Below, in pieces: positions 62,843-64,000 of a DNA stretch of 64,000 nt. Under the pieces are notes generated by a model that ran no database searches, was not told the DNA's origin, and was given only the letters and a program-made list of their open reading frames with translations. Position 1 is the first letter of the stretch. Each line of letters begins with the position of its first letter. Origin of the DNA: Nevskiales bacterium (GTDB lineage Bacteria > Pseudomonadota > Gammaproteobacteria > Nevskiales > JBOICV01); the NCBI GenBank assembly GCA_050740255.1, contig JBOICV010000150.1:22048-86047 (forward strand), in the 5' to 3' direction. Made by a program: the position numbers and the translations under genes.

Positions 62843-64000
62843 CTAAGGGTTCTCAGTAAATATCCGCACCGGGCCGATCAGACCCGAAGGCAACAAAGGC
62901 GTGTCTTTGGTGTACGGCAGTTTCACTATGCCGGGCATGTACTGATCGAAGGTGCTGAACGCGTACTGGCGCGGCGCGCCGGGCTGACGATCGCCGATGA
63001 TGCGGTTGGCCCAGACATTGGCGACTTCGATTTCCAGATCGTTGCGCCCCGGCTTCAGCAGCCCGGAAATATCCACGCGATAGGGCGGCTTCCAGGCGAT
63101 GCCCGCGGGCTTGCCATTGACCACGACTTTCGCCGTCGCATGCACCTCGCCCAGATCGAGAACGATGCGTTCCTTCTTGTTGAGCCAGGACTCGGGCGCA
63201 TCAACGGTCTTTCGATAGGTGCCGGTGCCCGAGAAATAACGCAGGCCGGAATCGGCGGACTCATTCCATGGAGTGAGTTTGTCGAAGTGCGCGCTGGCCG
63301 GCGCGCCGCGATCCGGCGTGAATGCGAGCTCCCAGCTTCCGTCCACGCTCGCGAGCGGCTGCATCACCGCTTGCGCAATCGTGCGCGAGGTCTCGCGCGT
63401 GGGCTTGCGCAGCACCACGAACACCGATTCATACGCTCCGAGCGCCAGCGGCACCACCGTGCGGCCGTCCTGCTGGCGGAATGAAGCCGCTTCGATGCGT
63501 CCGTCATCCGCATGCCACAGCTCGGCCTCGCGGCCGGCGACGCGCAGGCTCGCCTCGATCCGCGCCGGCGCCTTGTCCTGGTTGGCGACGAAGTAAATCT
63601 CGCCGTCGGCAAGCTTGCGGTGAATCGCCACGATTTTGGCGGCGCCGTCGCCCTCGAATTTGAAATCGGGCTCGAGCTTCTCGGCGGCCAGGACATCCGT
63701 CAGCGCGGCGCCCCAATAAACGCGGCCCTTGCCGAACTCGCGCACCGTGCGCGTCTTGCCGTCGAGATCGCCCCACAACTCGTCGGCGACCACCTTGATT
63801 TCCGCATTGCTGTTCGCCAGCCCGTTGGCGCCTTGCGGCCGTGGCGCAACCAGCAGCACGCCGGCGGCGACCAGATCGCGCAGCTTTTGCACCAGCGGCA
63901 AAGTCAATCGGGTGGTTGACGCCGGCAGCACCAGCACGCGATACGAAACGCCGGACGGCGCGACCAGCCGGCCGTCCTTCACGCGGAAGTCCTTGAGCAG
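62843..64000 (-). CDS. C-terminal part of a large glycoside hydrolase (jelly-roll/GH2-sugar-binding-like tail; possibly alpha-L-rhamnosidase type); 5' end lies outside the window
   Basis: The frame stays open to nt 64000. The tail LDLGEVHATAKVVVNGKPAGIAWKPPYRVDISGLLKPGRNDLEIEVANVWANRIIGD resembles tails of large rhamnosidase-like enzymes as I remember them. The family is not established. Confidence 0.55.
   Translation of the reverse strand: MLKDFRVKDGRLVAPSGVSYRVLVLPASTTRLTLPLVQKLRDLVAAGVLLVAPRPQGANGLANSNAEIKVVADELWGDLDGKTRTVREFGKGRVYWGAALTDVLAAEKLEPDFKFEGDGAAKIVAIHRKLADGEIYFVANQDKAPARIEASLRVAGREAELWHADDGRIEAASFRQQDGRTVVPLALGAYESVFVVLRKPTRETSRTIAQAVMQPLASVDGSWELAFTPDRGAPASAHFDKLTPWNESADSGLRYFSGTGTYRKTVDAPESWLNKKERIVLDLGEVHATAKVVVNGKPAGIAWKPPYRVDISGLLKPGRNDLEIEVANVWANRIIGDRQPGAPRQYAFSTFDQYMPGIVKLPYTKDTPLLPSGLIGPVRIFTENP

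Noticed and set aside
1-64000. Defence island, prophage, toxin-antitoxin or integrative-element content.
   Set aside because: No integrase, transposase, recombinase, nuclease/ATPase defence signatures, phage structural genes or tRNA attachment sites were recognisable. The only mobile DNA seen is non-autonomous REP/MITE elements.

Overview
High-GC proteobacterial chromosomal window (gene content looks gammaproteobacterial, Xanthomonadales/Nevskiales-like; low confidence). It is almost fully coding. I saw no rRNA, tRNA, CRISPR array, transposase, integrase or recognisable defence genes. Left to right: (1) 1-8411, the distal part of an aryl-polyene/xanthomonadin-type type II PKS operon (acyltransferase, LolA-like, MMPL exporter, KS, KS-like partner, hotdog dehydratase, FabG-type reductase), ending in a GT2 plus NodB-deacetylase pair. 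(2) A YdbH-like envelope protein followed by an apparent YnbE::YdbL fusion lipoprotein. (3) Housekeeping genes: tag, mnmG, a five-gene Opp/Dpp-type peptide ABC importer, an M48 protease and uvrD. (4) A small lipid/hydrophobic-compound block: alpha/beta hydrolase, hotdog thioesterase, an outer-membrane barrel with an N-terminal CxxCxC motif, a His-rich lipoprotein, a cytochrome P450 and DegV. (5) A TetR-controlled cluster of a PaaK-type CoA ligase, a split B12-dependent acyl-CoA mutase and a MeaB chaperone; the mutase substrate-pocket residues match no characterised mutase class I know, and this is my best candidate for new biochemistry. (6) 42-64 kb, an L-rhamnose catabolic cluster of the RhaT/RhaB/RhaEW/RhaI type with an LldD-like enzyme, joined to a TonB-dependent carbohydrate-utilisation locus (two TonB-dependent transporters (TBDTs), carboxylesterase, glucokinase, two MFS transporters, a GH3 beta-glucosidase and a truncated large glycosidase). 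The two TBDTs carry nearly identical tandem-repeat N-terminal cassettes in inverted orientation about 9 kb apart. The window is also peppered with at least four families of REP/MITE-like palindromic elements. Several are translated: in frame inside mnmG, and as the C-termini of the peptide-binding protein and a methyltransferase. The oppC 3' end is present in three synonymous copies around one such element. All family assignments come from motifs read by eye and recollection, not from searches.
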